Notes under the pieces: model-generated
Told to the model about the DNA's origin: nothing
Database searches by the model: none
The model's input: only the letters and a program-made list of their open reading frames with translations
Position numbers and translations under genes: made by a program
In this document: one piece after another, positions 9,904-19,299 of the stretch
How positions within the stretch are numbered: the first letter of the stretch is position 1
How the letters are laid out: every line of letters starts with the position of its first letter
NCBI GenBank assembly: GCA_963675755.2
Contig: CAXXMD010000002.1
Span: 32,001-96,000 of the forward strand
Origin: a bacterium
Lineage (GTDB): Bacteria; Zhuqueibacterota; Zhuqueibacteria; Residuimicrobiales; Krinioviventaceae
DNA length: 64,000 bases
Direction of reading: 5' to 3'

Positions 9904-10410
9904 GTGGTATTGATACGTACTAGAAAAATATTATTATTTCTTATAATTGTTCTCTCCTTTTTTAATTGTCTAAATAAGGAAAGGTTTGCAGTAAAAGATC
10001 CACATGATCCGTTTGGACTTGCCGGTAAAATAAGTGTAAGGATTGTATCTGCCAAAGATGGTACTCCGTTAAGTCATGTCAGATTAAAAATAAATGAAAA
10101 GGATATATGCACTGGCAATTATAAATTCAAACGTGTCGTTTTTGAATTCTGTGATCAAAAGAAAGAAGGAGAGTATGAGTGTCTGATTTTCTCTGAAGGA
10201 TTCGTACTTTTGAATGACAGCGCAGTTGTATCAAATCAATCCTTTACATTGGAATTACCCTTAAAATTCTATTACAAGCTGAAATCAAAGCCTGTTCTTG
10301 TACTAAATCCCGAGGTCAATTTTATAATCGCCAGTTATTCATATTATAACAACGAGGGTGGGGAGATACCAATTACCGATCTGGGTGTAATCGAACTGGA
10401 TGTTGAGTAA
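9904..10410 (+). CDS. Hypothetical putative lipoprotein
   Basis: Signal-like N-terminus ending FFNC; no known motif. Confidence 0.5.
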   Translation: MVLIRTRKILLFLIIVLSFFNCLNKERFAVKDPHDPFGLAGKISVRIVSAKDGTPLSHVRLKINEKDICTGNYKFKRVVFEFCDQKKEGEYECLIFSEGFVLLNDSAVVSNQSFTLELPLKFYYKLKSKPVLVLNPEVNFIIASYSYYNNEGGEIPITDLGVIELDVE

Positions 10411-10498
10411 CGTTCTCCTCGTCAATAATCCTTGTTTTTCATAAAAATTGTATTTACTTATAAAAACAATCCTTTCTGCTTTTCATAATTTAAAGGGC

Positions 10499-11815
10499 AT
10501 GTCCATGAAAAATAAATCTATCTTCTTTTTTCTATTCTTTGCAATACCACTCTTTGCCGGGGAAACTATGACTCCCATGTTTAACGGTGAAGACCTAACC
10601 GGATGGGTAAATGTCAACTGTGCACCTGAAACCTGGACTGTTGAAGACGGTATGATCAAATGTACCGGATTACCAATTGGAGTATTGCGAACTGAAAAGA
10701 TGTATGAAAATTTTATCATGGAGCTGGACTATAAACACATGCAGGAAAAAGGCAATGCCGGTGTGTTTATCCATTCTGCTCCGTTGCCGGTAACGGGCAA
10801 GCCTTTTACCAAATCTCACGAAATACAGATTCTTGATGGTCGCTATACGGAAAACTATACCAGTGACGGCGATATCTTTTCAATCCAGGGCGCGTTTATG
10901 GTGCCAAATCCCATCCATCCCAACGGTTGGATGCGCTCATTACCGCAGGAACGACGTGCGAATCCGGTAGGCGAGTGGAACCATTATCGTATTGAGAGTA
11001 GAGACGGTACAGTAACCCTGGCTGTTAATGGCAAGGTGGTAACCCGTGCATATGATTTGAATCCCCGAAAAGGATATATTTGCCTGGAAGCTGAGGGATC
11101 TTTGATTTATTTTCGTGATGTAAAGATCATGGAACTGCCGGGTACCAATCCCCCTCAGGATGTGATTGCAGAATCAGACAATGGATTTGTTTCACTGTTT
11201 ACAGGACTCGATCTTCGCGGTTGGAAACAGGTCCCAGGCAATAAAGACCACTGGATTGTCAAAGACGGAGTGATTGTCTATGATGGTAAAAGTAAAGCAG
11301 AGGGAGAAGATAAACATCTTTGGACAGAAAAATCCTATGGTAATTTTATATTAATGGTGGACTGGCGCCAGCCCATGGAACCATTTGTTGATAATGTACC
11401 GGTTATTTTACCTGATGGATCTACGCTGAAGGATGAAAAGGGCAAAGAAATCACCATTCCGGTCAAAGACGCTGGCGACAGTGGGATTTATATACGCGGA
11501 CATTCAAAGAACCAGATTAATATCTGGAATTGGCCGGTGGGTTCGGGTGAGATTTGGGGATATCGTACTGATCAGTCCATACCGCCACATATAAGACGAG
11601 ACGCTACTCCGATTGTGAATGCTGATAATCCCATTGGCAAGTGGAACCGGTTTGTAATAACCGTAATAGATGAAACAGTATCCGTTGAACTAAATGGCGT
11701 TACTGTTATCCGAAATGCACATCTTCCGGGTATGGCGAAAACAGGTCCTATTGCGTTACAGCACCATGGAGATCCAATTGAATTTACCAATATTTACATC
11801 AAGGAATTAAATTAA
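10499..11815 (+). CDS. Secreted tandem DUF1080 (3-keto-disaccharide hydrolase/lyase-like) protein
   Basis: Two copies of the LF.G.DL.GW ... GNAGV/DSGI ... GEWN/GKWN ... G.I.L pattern; signal peptide. Confidence 0.9.
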   Translation: MSMKNKSIFFFLFFAIPLFAGETMTPMFNGEDLTGWVNVNCAPETWTVEDGMIKCTGLPIGVLRTEKMYENFIMELDYKHMQEKGNAGVFIHSAPLPVTGKPFTKSHEIQILDGRYTENYTSDGDIFSIQGAFMVPNPIHPNGWMRSLPQERRANPVGEWNHYRIESRDGTVTLAVNGKVVTRAYDLNPRKGYICLEAEGSLIYFRDVKIMELPGTNPPQDVIAESDNGFVSLFTGLDLRGWKQVPGNKDHWIVKDGVIVYDGKSKAEGEDKHLWTEKSYGNFILMVDWRQPMEPFVDNVPVILPDGSTLKDEKGKEITIPVKDAGDSGIYIRGHSKNQINIWNWPVGSGEIWGYRTDQSIPPHIRRDATPIVNADNPIGKWNRFVITVIDETVSVELNGVTVIRNAHLPGMAKTGPIALQHHGDPIEFTNIYIKELN

Positions 11816-11837
11816 TACACATATACAGGAGGTTGTG

Positions 11838-13103
11838 ATGGAGTCCAAAATCACACGCAGAGAATTTATAGGAACAACCGCTGCGGCGGGTGCAGGACTG
11901 ACAATGGCTTGCAGTTCCAGCAGTGTAAGCAGTTATAAAAGGATTATTGGTGCAAATGACCGTATATCAATTGGCATTATTGGCTGCGGCAGCAGGGGGA
12001 CCGAGGCGCACATGCCGGGCATACAAAAACATGTAGAAGAAATGAATTTTGAAGTTACAGCTGTTTGCGATCCATATCGTGTAGCAAGAGAAAAGGCCAA
12101 TTCCCTGGCAAAAGAATGTTATGGCAGAGACACCCGTCAGTTTGTTTCTCATCTCGATTTGTTGGCATTAAAAGATGTTGACGCGGTTATGATTGCTTCC
12201 TGTGATCACCAACATGCCACACATTTGTTAAATGCTGCCAAAGCCGGCAAGGATATGTATACGGAAAAACCGCTTGGCATGGATTTTAAAACCGTTAAAA
12301 AAGCTGTCAAAGCAGTCAAGGAAGCTGGTTCCATTTGCCAGGTTGGAACACAACTGCGAAGTATGGCTTCGTTTACCGGGTGTAAAGAGTTGTACAAATC
12401 CGGGATATTGGGCAAAGTGAGCCGGGTAGAACAAAACCGCAATACCGGTCGGCCCTATTGGTATTCTTATATCAAGGATGTAAAAAAACAAGATCTGGAT
12501 TGGAAAGAGTTCTTGTTCAATCGTCCATTTCGTCCCTTTGATCCTGTTCAACACTCTGCATGGTACGGATATCGTGATTTTTCTGATGGCCCGGTTCCGC
12601 AGTGGGGTGTTCATTATCTCGATTTGGTGCATTACATTACCGGTACCAGTTTTCCGGAAAGTTGCGTGTGTTTAGGTACTACTTCCACCTGGAAAGATGA
12701 ACATCATTTTGATGTACCTGATAACATTGAAGCAACCTGGATTTACCCTGAAGGATTTATGGTACATTATTCTACCAACTGTGGAAACAGCTTTGGAAAC
12801 ACTTTCAAGATTTATGGTGACCAGGGTGTATTGAAAATGGACCATTGGAGCGAACCCGTACTTACCGCAGAGGGAGGAACTCAAAATAAAGGTGTTATCC
12901 GGGGAGAGCAGCCTGTAGAAGGTATAGAACGTCCTGATCATTTTCTGAACTGGTTACAATGTTTACGATCAAAAGAAACACCGCATGCATCCATTGATAC
13001 AGGATTGCAGCACATGGTAGCTGTTGAAATGGCGAGGATGTCATTTGATGAAGGCAGAAAAACAGTATTTGATAAAGATAAATTAAAAGTAAAAACTGTC
13101 TAA
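11838..13103 (+). CDS. Tat-exported Gfo/Idh/MocA oxidoreductase
   Basis: TRREFI Tat motif, GANDRISIGIIGCGSRG, EKP, QVGTQLRS, WGVHYLD. Confidence 0.92.
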   Translation: MESKITRREFIGTTAAAGAGLTMACSSSSVSSYKRIIGANDRISIGIIGCGSRGTEAHMPGIQKHVEEMNFEVTAVCDPYRVAREKANSLAKECYGRDTRQFVSHLDLLALKDVDAVMIASCDHQHATHLLNAAKAGKDMYTEKPLGMDFKTVKKAVKAVKEAGSICQVGTQLRSMASFTGCKELYKSGILGKVSRVEQNRNTGRPYWYSYIKDVKKQDLDWKEFLFNRPFRPFDPVQHSAWYGYRDFSDGPVPQWGVHYLDLVHYITGTSFPESCVCLGTTSTWKDEHHFDVPDNIEATWIYPEGFMVHYSTNCGNSFGNTFKIYGDQGVLKMDHWSEPVLTAEGGTQNKGVIRGEQPVEGIERPDHFLNWLQCLRSKETPHASIDTGLQHMVAVEMARMSFDEGRKTVFDKDKLKVKTV

Positions 13104-13121
13104 TTACAATCTTTTCTAAAA

Positions 13122-13159
13122 TAAAAAACCCGGTTATCTAAAGACAACCGGGTTTTTTT
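13122..13159. terminator. Bidirectional intrinsic terminator
   Basis: AAAAAACCCGGTT...AACCGGGTTTTTTT between convergent genes. Confidence 0.85.
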
Positions 13160-13175
13160 ATAATCAATATATAAT

Positions 13176-14210
13176 CTAGATCGAATCAAAATGTTCCTGA
13201 AAATTGGCTTCAGTTTTCAAATCTTCGATCATGGTTTCATATGTTTCCTGACGTTTGGTTTGTTTCAAACGAGCTTCCAGCTCAGTTTTAACTTCGTCAA
13301 GTGGTTTGGTTTCTTTTTTACGATCCATGATTTTGATAATATGATAACCGTATTGGGTTTCAACCAGATCACTGATTGAACCGATAGGAAGATTAAAAGA
13401 TGCATCTTCAAATGGTTTAACCATACGACCTTTGGTAAAATCTTCGTAAAGACCGCCATTGTCTTTTGAACCAGGATCTTCAGAATATTCTTTAGCAAGA
13501 GCGGCAAAATCTTCACCATCTTTGGCACGCTTTAGAATTTCTTCTGCTTTTGCTTTTACTTCTTGTTTTTCTTCATCGGTTTTACCCTGAGTCATAAAAA
13601 GGATATGACGAACTGAAGCTGATTTATCTTCATTGTATGCTTGTTCAAGTTCTTCATCAGAAACGGTGAGATTGGTTTCTACATTGTTTTTAATGAATTC
13701 TTGTATATGCATAGACATACGAACATCATTTTCTACATAGGGTAAATCAAAACCCTGTTGTTCAATAAATTCAACAAATTGTTCTTTGCCGCCTCTGCTC
13801 TGATAGAATCTTTCCAATTGTGCGTTAACAGTACTATCTGAAACAGTAATACCTTCTTTTTTGGCTTTGGCATAGAGTAATTTCTTTTCAGCTTCGCCAT
13901 TAGCACCCTGTTCCAGAACCGCTTTTAAACGATCTACCGGAAGACTGGTAATATTATCTTTGAATCTGCCAAATGCTGAATAAACGCCAGGCATAATATC
14001 ATACGACCAAATTGTAAAATCATTTGAAGTAACAAGTTTTACAGCTTTATCAGGATTCAAGGCTTTAATACCCAAAGAATCACTAACGGTTTTAAAGAAA
14101 CTGTACTGATCAGATTCTTTAGCAAAAGGGAGTTTGGGTCCTTTTTGTCCACAGCCGGCCAGCATGGCAATCAACAATATTATTCCAGTAAGAGTAAAAA
14201 GTTTTTTCAT
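13176..14210 (-). CDS. PrsA/SurA-like parvulin peptidyl-prolyl isomerase lipoprotein
   Basis: Lipobox LAGC; ASVRHIL, FAALAKEYSEDPGS, MVKPFE, ETQYGYHII. Confidence 0.92.
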   Translation of the reverse strand: MKKLFTLTGIILLIAMLAGCGQKGPKLPFAKESDQYSFFKTVSDSLGIKALNPDKAVKLVTSNDFTIWSYDIMPGVYSAFGRFKDNITSLPVDRLKAVLEQGANGEAEKKLLYAKAKKEGITVSDSTVNAQLERFYQSRGGKEQFVEFIEQQGFDLPYVENDVRMSMHIQEFIKNNVETNLTVSDEELEQAYNEDKSASVRHILFMTQGKTDEEKQEVKAKAEEILKRAKDGEDFAALAKEYSEDPGSKDNGGLYEDFTKGRMVKPFEDASFNLPIGSISDLVETQYGYHIIKIMDRKKETKPLDEVKTELEARLKQTKRQETYETMIEDLKTEANFQEHFDSI

Positions 14211-14403
14211 TACAATCTCCGGTTTATAATTATTAAAATTATCAACTATGAATATATGAAATTAATGGGGGAATCCCTATAATTTTTTGTTAATTTATCA
14301 AATATTCAATAAAAACCAAACTGATTTTGTTTGGAATCGTGTTTTATACGTGTGATGGATTAAAAAGTTCAAAGTTTTATGTGTTTTGTTTTAACATATT
14401 TTA

Positions 14404-14472
14404 TATTTCTAGAATTGTCGAAATAAATACATTCAACTTTAAATTAATTATATTTCTAGAAATATAGAAATG
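14404..14472. promoter_or_regulatory. Two palindromic operator-like sites TATTTC-N10-GAAAT(A/G) downstream of arsR
   Basis: TATTTCTAGAATTGTCGAAATA (14404-14425) and TATTTCTAGAAATATAGAAATG (14451-14472). Confidence 0.6.
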
Positions 14473-14487
14473 ATATATCAAAAAAAA

Positions 14488-14787
14488 CTAGTAATCAATT
14501 CCCTTGCAGCAATTTTCCTGTAAATACAGCAAGACATCATTAAGCGCACGATACTGAGCTATGCAATAGAGTGTACGGCTTTTGCGTGTTTGTTTAACAA
14601 GTCCAACATTTACCATGCGGGAGATATGGTGAGAGAGTGTAGAGTTGGGGATTTGTAAAGCCTTTTGCACTTCACCTACCGGTAATCCCTGGTCACCGGC
14701 TTGAATCAATGTTCGGTATATAGCAAGACGGTGTACATGCCCCAATTCCGCCAGACGATTTGCGATTGTTTCATCATAATTAAACAT
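14488..14787 (-). CDS. arsR: ArsR/SmtB-family repressor with C-terminal vicinal cysteines
   Basis: LGH..RLAIYR.L, IPNSTLSHHI HTH, ENCC C-terminus. Confidence 0.85.
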   Translation of the reverse strand: MFNYDETIANRLAELGHVHRLAIYRTLIQAGDQGLPVGEVQKALQIPNSTLSHHISRMVNVGLVKQTRKSRTLYCIAQYRALNDVLLYLQENCCKGIDY

Positions 14788-14824
14788 ATTAAAAGGTAAT
14801 GAATAGATTCATATTTGTCAACTA

Positions 14825-14846
14825 TATTTTTAGAATTATCGAAATA
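14825..14846. promoter_or_regulatory. Palindromic operator-like site upstream of arsR
   Basis: TATTTTTAGAATTATCGAAATA, matching the downstream copies; additional half site near 14901-14911. Confidence 0.6.
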
Positions 14847-14915
14847 ATATTAATTCTTGTAAATAGTTGTTAATAAATTCATCTTTTTATTGTTTTAATA
14901 ATATCGAAATATCTA

Positions 14916-15323
14916 TTATTTGTTTTCCTGAGGTTCCGGATCCATATACAACAATTCCCAGGTATGCCCGTCAAGATCCTGAAATCCGTGTCCATACATG
15001 AATCCATAGTCTTGCGGATCGTTGTAAACTGTACCGCCTGCTCTGATGGCATCCCGTACTAACTCGTCCACTTTGGCCCGTTCGTTTACTGTGAGACTTA
15101 ATAGAACTTCAGTATTTTGGGTAGCATCTGATATGGGTTTGGGTGAAAATGTTTTAAATTTATCTTCTGTGAGAAGCATAACAAATATATTTTCAGAAAC
15201 CGTCATGCAGGTACCGGTTTCGTCTGTAAATTGCGGATCAAAAGTAAACCCCATTTTGCTGAAAAATGCTATGGATGCATCGAGGTCTTTGACAGGCAGA
15301 TTGATATATATCTGATTTATCAT
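14916..15323 (-). CDS. VOC/glyoxalase-family protein
   Basis: IYINLPVKDL, FDPQFTD, QDYGFMYGHGFQDLDGHTWE. Confidence 0.9.
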   Translation of the reverse strand: MINQIYINLPVKDLDASIAFFSKMGFTFDPQFTDETGTCMTVSENIFVMLLTEDKFKTFSPKPISDATQNTEVLLSLTVNERAKVDELVRDAIRAGGTVYNDPQDYGFMYGHGFQDLDGHTWELLYMDPEPQENK

Positions 15324-15475
15324 GATTTACCTCTATTAATAGTAAATAGCGTGTATTATTGTTTTAATTTATTATTGATTAGAATTTTTAAACAATAATA
15401 TAGAGTTAAATCATCCAATAGCATGATCTATTTGGATTGATGCTTTATTCTGCTTATTATGTTGAAAAGTTAATG

Positions 15476-16021
15476 TTAACGAAAATATCCCAGGGCAATA
15501 TTAAAACATATATTACCATAAGAGGCATTAGGGTTATAATTGCCTGTTAGTTCTAAACCGGCACCTGGTCCCCAGGAATGATGAAGTAAAAGTTGTATTT
15601 TTACAATTGCTCCAGGTTTGTGATTTTTAGTAATTGTTCCATATTCAATTGTTTCTGTATTGTATGTTCTTTTTGTATATGATAATCCGGTATTTACAAT
15701 CAAGTCTATATATTTTGCTGATTCAGTATAACCAATTGTAGCCCATAGACTTTCAACTGAATGACAATCTGTTCCTAATGCATCAATACCAATAGCGCCT
15801 TTATATTTATAATGGATATAATGTAAGCCTGCATTAACATAAATTAAATCACTCAGTTTGTATTTATTTTGTAATTGAACATCACTTATTCCCGCTCCTG
15901 CCTGCAGCCAGATAGAATTGCGATTTTGTATTTGTTCATCCCAGTTGTTTTCCTGGGTTTCCTGTGCTGTTAATAATACAGGAGAGAAAAATAAAAGTAT
16001 CAGTAGAATCTTTTTTATCAT
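15476..16021 (-). CDS. Secreted hypothetical protein, possible small outer-membrane beta-barrel
   Basis: Signal peptide, alternating beta pattern, aromatic-rich C-terminus. Confidence 0.6.
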   Translation of the reverse strand: MIKKILLILLFFSPVLLTAQETQENNWDEQIQNRNSIWLQAGAGISDVQLQNKYKLSDLIYVNAGLHYIHYKYKGAIGIDALGTDCHSVESLWATIGYTESAKYIDLIVNTGLSYTKRTYNTETIEYGTITKNHKPGAIVKIQLLLHHSWGPGAGLELTGNYNPNASYGNICFNIALGYFR

Positions 16022-16033
16022 AATACCCCCAAG

Positions 16034-16930
16034 TTAAAAGAAATCATGCAGTTTGAATTCCATTACCAATCCGAATTTGATATATAAAAAGGTCTTGAAT
16101 ACATCATTGTCAAAGTCATGAAACGTTTCCGCGTCCCAGAATACGAGACCGGGGGAAATATACCCGCCAAGATTTACATCATAAAATTGTGCAATGTTAA
16201 CCCCGGTACCAATATATAGTTCATTGCCACTGAGAATGTCCCATGTGATTCTGTCCCGGTCAATATATCCGCCATTTATAGTTTCTTCAATGATTATTGG
16301 GTTTTTGTATTTCCAGTACATGAAATTTTTAAACGAAACGCCTAAAAACATATTCAGGCCCATAAATGTATGTGGCGGCGTGGTATACGCTTTTACTTCA
16401 ATACCCGCACTGATAATCTTGACACTGTTTTTGATTGAATACGCGTACTGGTTTGTGTGGGAAACCGGTGCCCAGGCATACTCGAGATAAATTTTCAGCA
16501 ATGTCTTTTTATTGATATGCCCTGCTATATACAAATTAACATTTTGTATACCTGTATAATCCCCGCTGTTTAACAACCCCGAGCCTATTTTTAAACCCAG
16601 ATACCCGGTATTGTATTCTTTGTCTTCCTCGGGATCAAAATGTTGAGGTGGTGAAAGAGGGTTGGGTGTATGCTTTATCTCATTTTTTCTTTCTTCATTG
16701 TTTGCAAAATTTCTGGTTTCCTGAAAGTCATTATACTCGTCTTCAAGGTATTGATCATAGACATCTGTCTCTGTTTCAATGGTTCTGTCGCCCTCGTGCC
16801 CGTCTGATGCTTTTTCCATTGCTTCAGAAAGAGAGCCCCGGCTTGTATTGCTTGCTGTACTACAGTGCAATATTGTAATAGAGGTTATTAACAATATCAA
16901 TAGTTTTAGATAGTTTATAAGAGATTTCAT
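16034..16930 (-). CDS. Hypothetical lipoprotein with acidic linker and beta-rich C-terminal domain
   Basis: Signal ending LHC, acidic low-complexity region, amphipathic beta strands, terminal Phe; GAGGGG RBS. Confidence 0.65.
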   Translation of the reverse strand: MKSLINYLKLLILLITSITILHCSTASNTSRGSLSEAMEKASDGHEGDRTIETETDVYDQYLEDEYNDFQETRNFANNEERKNEIKHTPNPLSPPQHFDPEEDKEYNTGYLGLKIGSGLLNSGDYTGIQNVNLYIAGHINKKTLLKIYLEYAWAPVSHTNQYAYSIKNSVKIISAGIEVKAYTTPPHTFMGLNMFLGVSFKNFMYWKYKNPIIIEETINGGYIDRDRITWDILSGNELYIGTGVNIAQFYDVNLGGYISPGLVFWDAETFHDFDNDVFKTFLYIKFGLVMEFKLHDFF

Positions 16931-16947
16931 TTACCCCTCAATGGTAT

Positions 16948-17694
16948 CTATTCTATTCTTTTGGTTCCTTGAATTATATTGCCTGTGTACAGCCGCATAA
17001 CGTACTCTAGTCCGGTTTGTTGTTTTATCATTTGGTTCAGGTCTTTGAATGAATTCAGGGCTTTTTGATCTTTGAATGATTCTCCGGGAATATATATATT
17101 CAGAAACAGGGTGTCAGATTCTATTGTCAGTTCAACATGCTTTTGATGGCTTTTATCAAAAAAGCCGGACTTTATAAATGTTTCCCCCAAATCCATAACA
17201 GTTTGGTCTTTTATCTGTTTTTTTGGATAAAGGATCTCATGTTGTATGGTTCCGAATGTCATAGTTTCCGTATTGGGATTGGGTATCAATACAAACAATA
17301 TAAAAAATACAACAAAAAGGGCTATCCCAATCAGGCTCCATAAAAATCCATCTTTAAAAGTAGATGGGAGAATACCCTGTTCAATACTGGCATCAATTGC
17401 TTCTCCCTGTAGCTTTTTAGCCAGTGCTCCGGTTAAAAATGCAATAATGAGTGGAATGATAGCAGAAGGTGTATTGGAAACCCAATTTCCCGGTAGCAAA
17501 ATCGCAATTCCCATCAATGCAATTGTAAATATAAAACCTATAACAAGAGAAAGTTTGGCTTTTAAGGGTTCGTTAAAGATTTTAAAATTCCTGTAAAACA
17601 GGATAGCTCCTGCCCAGGGACCTCCGATCAATGTTACAGCTCTGATAGTGTTGATTGTATAGATTTTCATTAAAACATCCCCATGTGAAACCAA
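16948..17694 (-). CDS. Hypothetical membrane protein (alternative start 17670)
   Basis: Four hydrophobic segments (GGP.AG...NF motif) followed by a soluble domain. Confidence 0.7.
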   Translation of the reverse strand: MVSHGDVLMKIYTINTIRAVTLIGGPWAGAILFYRNFKIFNEPLKAKLSLVIGFIFTIALMGIAILLPGNWVSNTPSAIIPLIIAFLTGALAKKLQGEAIDASIEQGILPSTFKDGFLWSLIGIALFVVFFILFVLIPNPNTETMTFGTIQHEILYPKKQIKDQTVMDLGETFIKSGFFDKSHQKHVELTIESDTLFLNIYIPGESFKDQKALNSFKDLNQMIKQQTGLEYVMRLYTGNIIQGTKRIE

Positions 17695-17919
17695 AGTAGT
17701 AAAAAACTCCCCATCCCTGTTGTTAATATTTTAAAATAGGAGAATAAATTAAAAAATGCAAGAAAATCAGAGTCGATCTAGCTCTTGTATGTTATTAAAA
17801 ATTTTCAAGAAATATATTGTAAAGAAGAAGGAATTTTATTATATAGATATTAAGCAAATTTTATTTGTTTGTACCTTTCAAAATAATAAACCAAAATTCA
17901 AATAATTATATAAAAACTT

Positions 17920-19092
17920 ATGCTTTTGTCACTTTCTATACTGGGTATAATTTTATCAATCATACTGGTTTCTTTCAATATCAGGAAATTCTCTTCATCT
18001 TTTTATCTGGGCGGTTTCTTTTTTCTGGTGAGTTTATATGCTTTTATCGAATATGTGGTATTGTATTCGAAATCGGTTTTTCTGGTTGGGCTTGTGTTTA
18101 TCAATTTTGGATTTCCTACATATCTTATCGGACCCATGGTGTACTGGTATGTCCGCAGTGTTTTGACTGACAAATCCCGGTTGTTTAAACGGGATTTATG
18201 GCATTTTGTACCCATGCTTTTAGTATTGTTTGGATCACTCCATTATATGACTACATCCTGGGCTTATAAAAAGGTGATTGCTACCAGTATTATTCAGAAT
18301 TTTGAACAGGTAAAATCCATTTCAAATCTGTTTGTGTTTAATATTTTTTCCAAAGCCTTTGCATACTGGTTTCGTCCGGTACAGATCATAGTGTATACTT
18401 TATTGTGCATAGTATTGTTGCTTCGGTACAAAAGACAGATGAAAAATGAACAGTTTGTTGCAGGACAGCATTTTATGCTTAACTGGCTAACATTGTTACT
18501 GGGATTTTTGTTCATATTAAATTCAAGTCATACCATACAGATTTTTGCAAGTTTTACCTTGAAAAATTTATTGTTATTTAACAGCATGAACAGCCTGTTA
18601 GTTATTTCCGCTTTAGGCTTGGCGGGTTTGTTAATTTCTCCATTTTTCTTTCCTTCAATCCTGTATGGAATGCCCCGCTGGTCACAGCCCCAATCTACTC
18701 CCCCAAATAACAACCCTGTCAAACCCGGCTTTGAATCCGATTACCTGAAACAGCTCGGTAAAAGTATTGAAACCTGTATGCGGGAAAAACAATTTTTTTT
18801 AAACAAAGATTGCAACCTTGCCAGTTTCTCCAAAGTGCTGAATATCCCCGCGCATCATCTTGCTTATTATTTTAAAGAAGTGAAAAAACAAACTTTCAAT
18901 GATTACCGGAATGAATTACGTATTAAACATGCAAAACAATTGTTACGCGAAGGCAAAGCAAAAGAATTAACTCTGGAAGGTATTGGGCAATTGTCTGGAT
19001 TCTCTTCCCGTATTACATTTTTCAATGCATTTAAAAAGTATGAAAGTGTATCTCCTGGTGCTTTTTTAGCTCAACTGGAAATCGAGTATTAA
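17920..19092 (+). CDS. Membrane-anchored AraC-family transcriptional regulator
   Basis: About seven TM segments; C-terminal FNDYRNELRI..AK.LL, TLEGIG..SGFSS..TFF.AFKK...SPG. Confidence 0.9.
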   Translation: MLLSLSILGIILSIILVSFNIRKFSSSFYLGGFFFLVSLYAFIEYVVLYSKSVFLVGLVFINFGFPTYLIGPMVYWYVRSVLTDKSRLFKRDLWHFVPMLLVLFGSLHYMTTSWAYKKVIATSIIQNFEQVKSISNLFVFNIFSKAFAYWFRPVQIIVYTLLCIVLLLRYKRQMKNEQFVAGQHFMLNWLTLLLGFLFILNSSHTIQIFASFTLKNLLLFNSMNSLLVISALGLAGLLISPFFFPSILYGMPRWSQPQSTPPNNNPVKPGFESDYLKQLGKSIETCMREKQFFLNKDCNLASFSKVLNIPAHHLAYYFKEVKKQTFNDYRNELRIKHAKQLLREGKAKELTLEGIGQLSGFSSRITFFNAFKKYESVSPGAFLAQLEIEY

Positions 19093-19299
19093 CCTCATCT
19101 TGCCTTTTTTATATCCTCTTTGTTTCATTTTTCAAAATCAAAACACCCGTAACTCATTTCTTAATTTTTAATTATTTATATTCCACTCTGATTTTAGATA
19201 TTTGCTCGTGTGGGATTATCGGGGCAAAATAATAATTTAAATTATTTGAATTGGGTTTGTAAATCTGAAAAAATCAAAACATTCAGGAGGTTTAGGATT

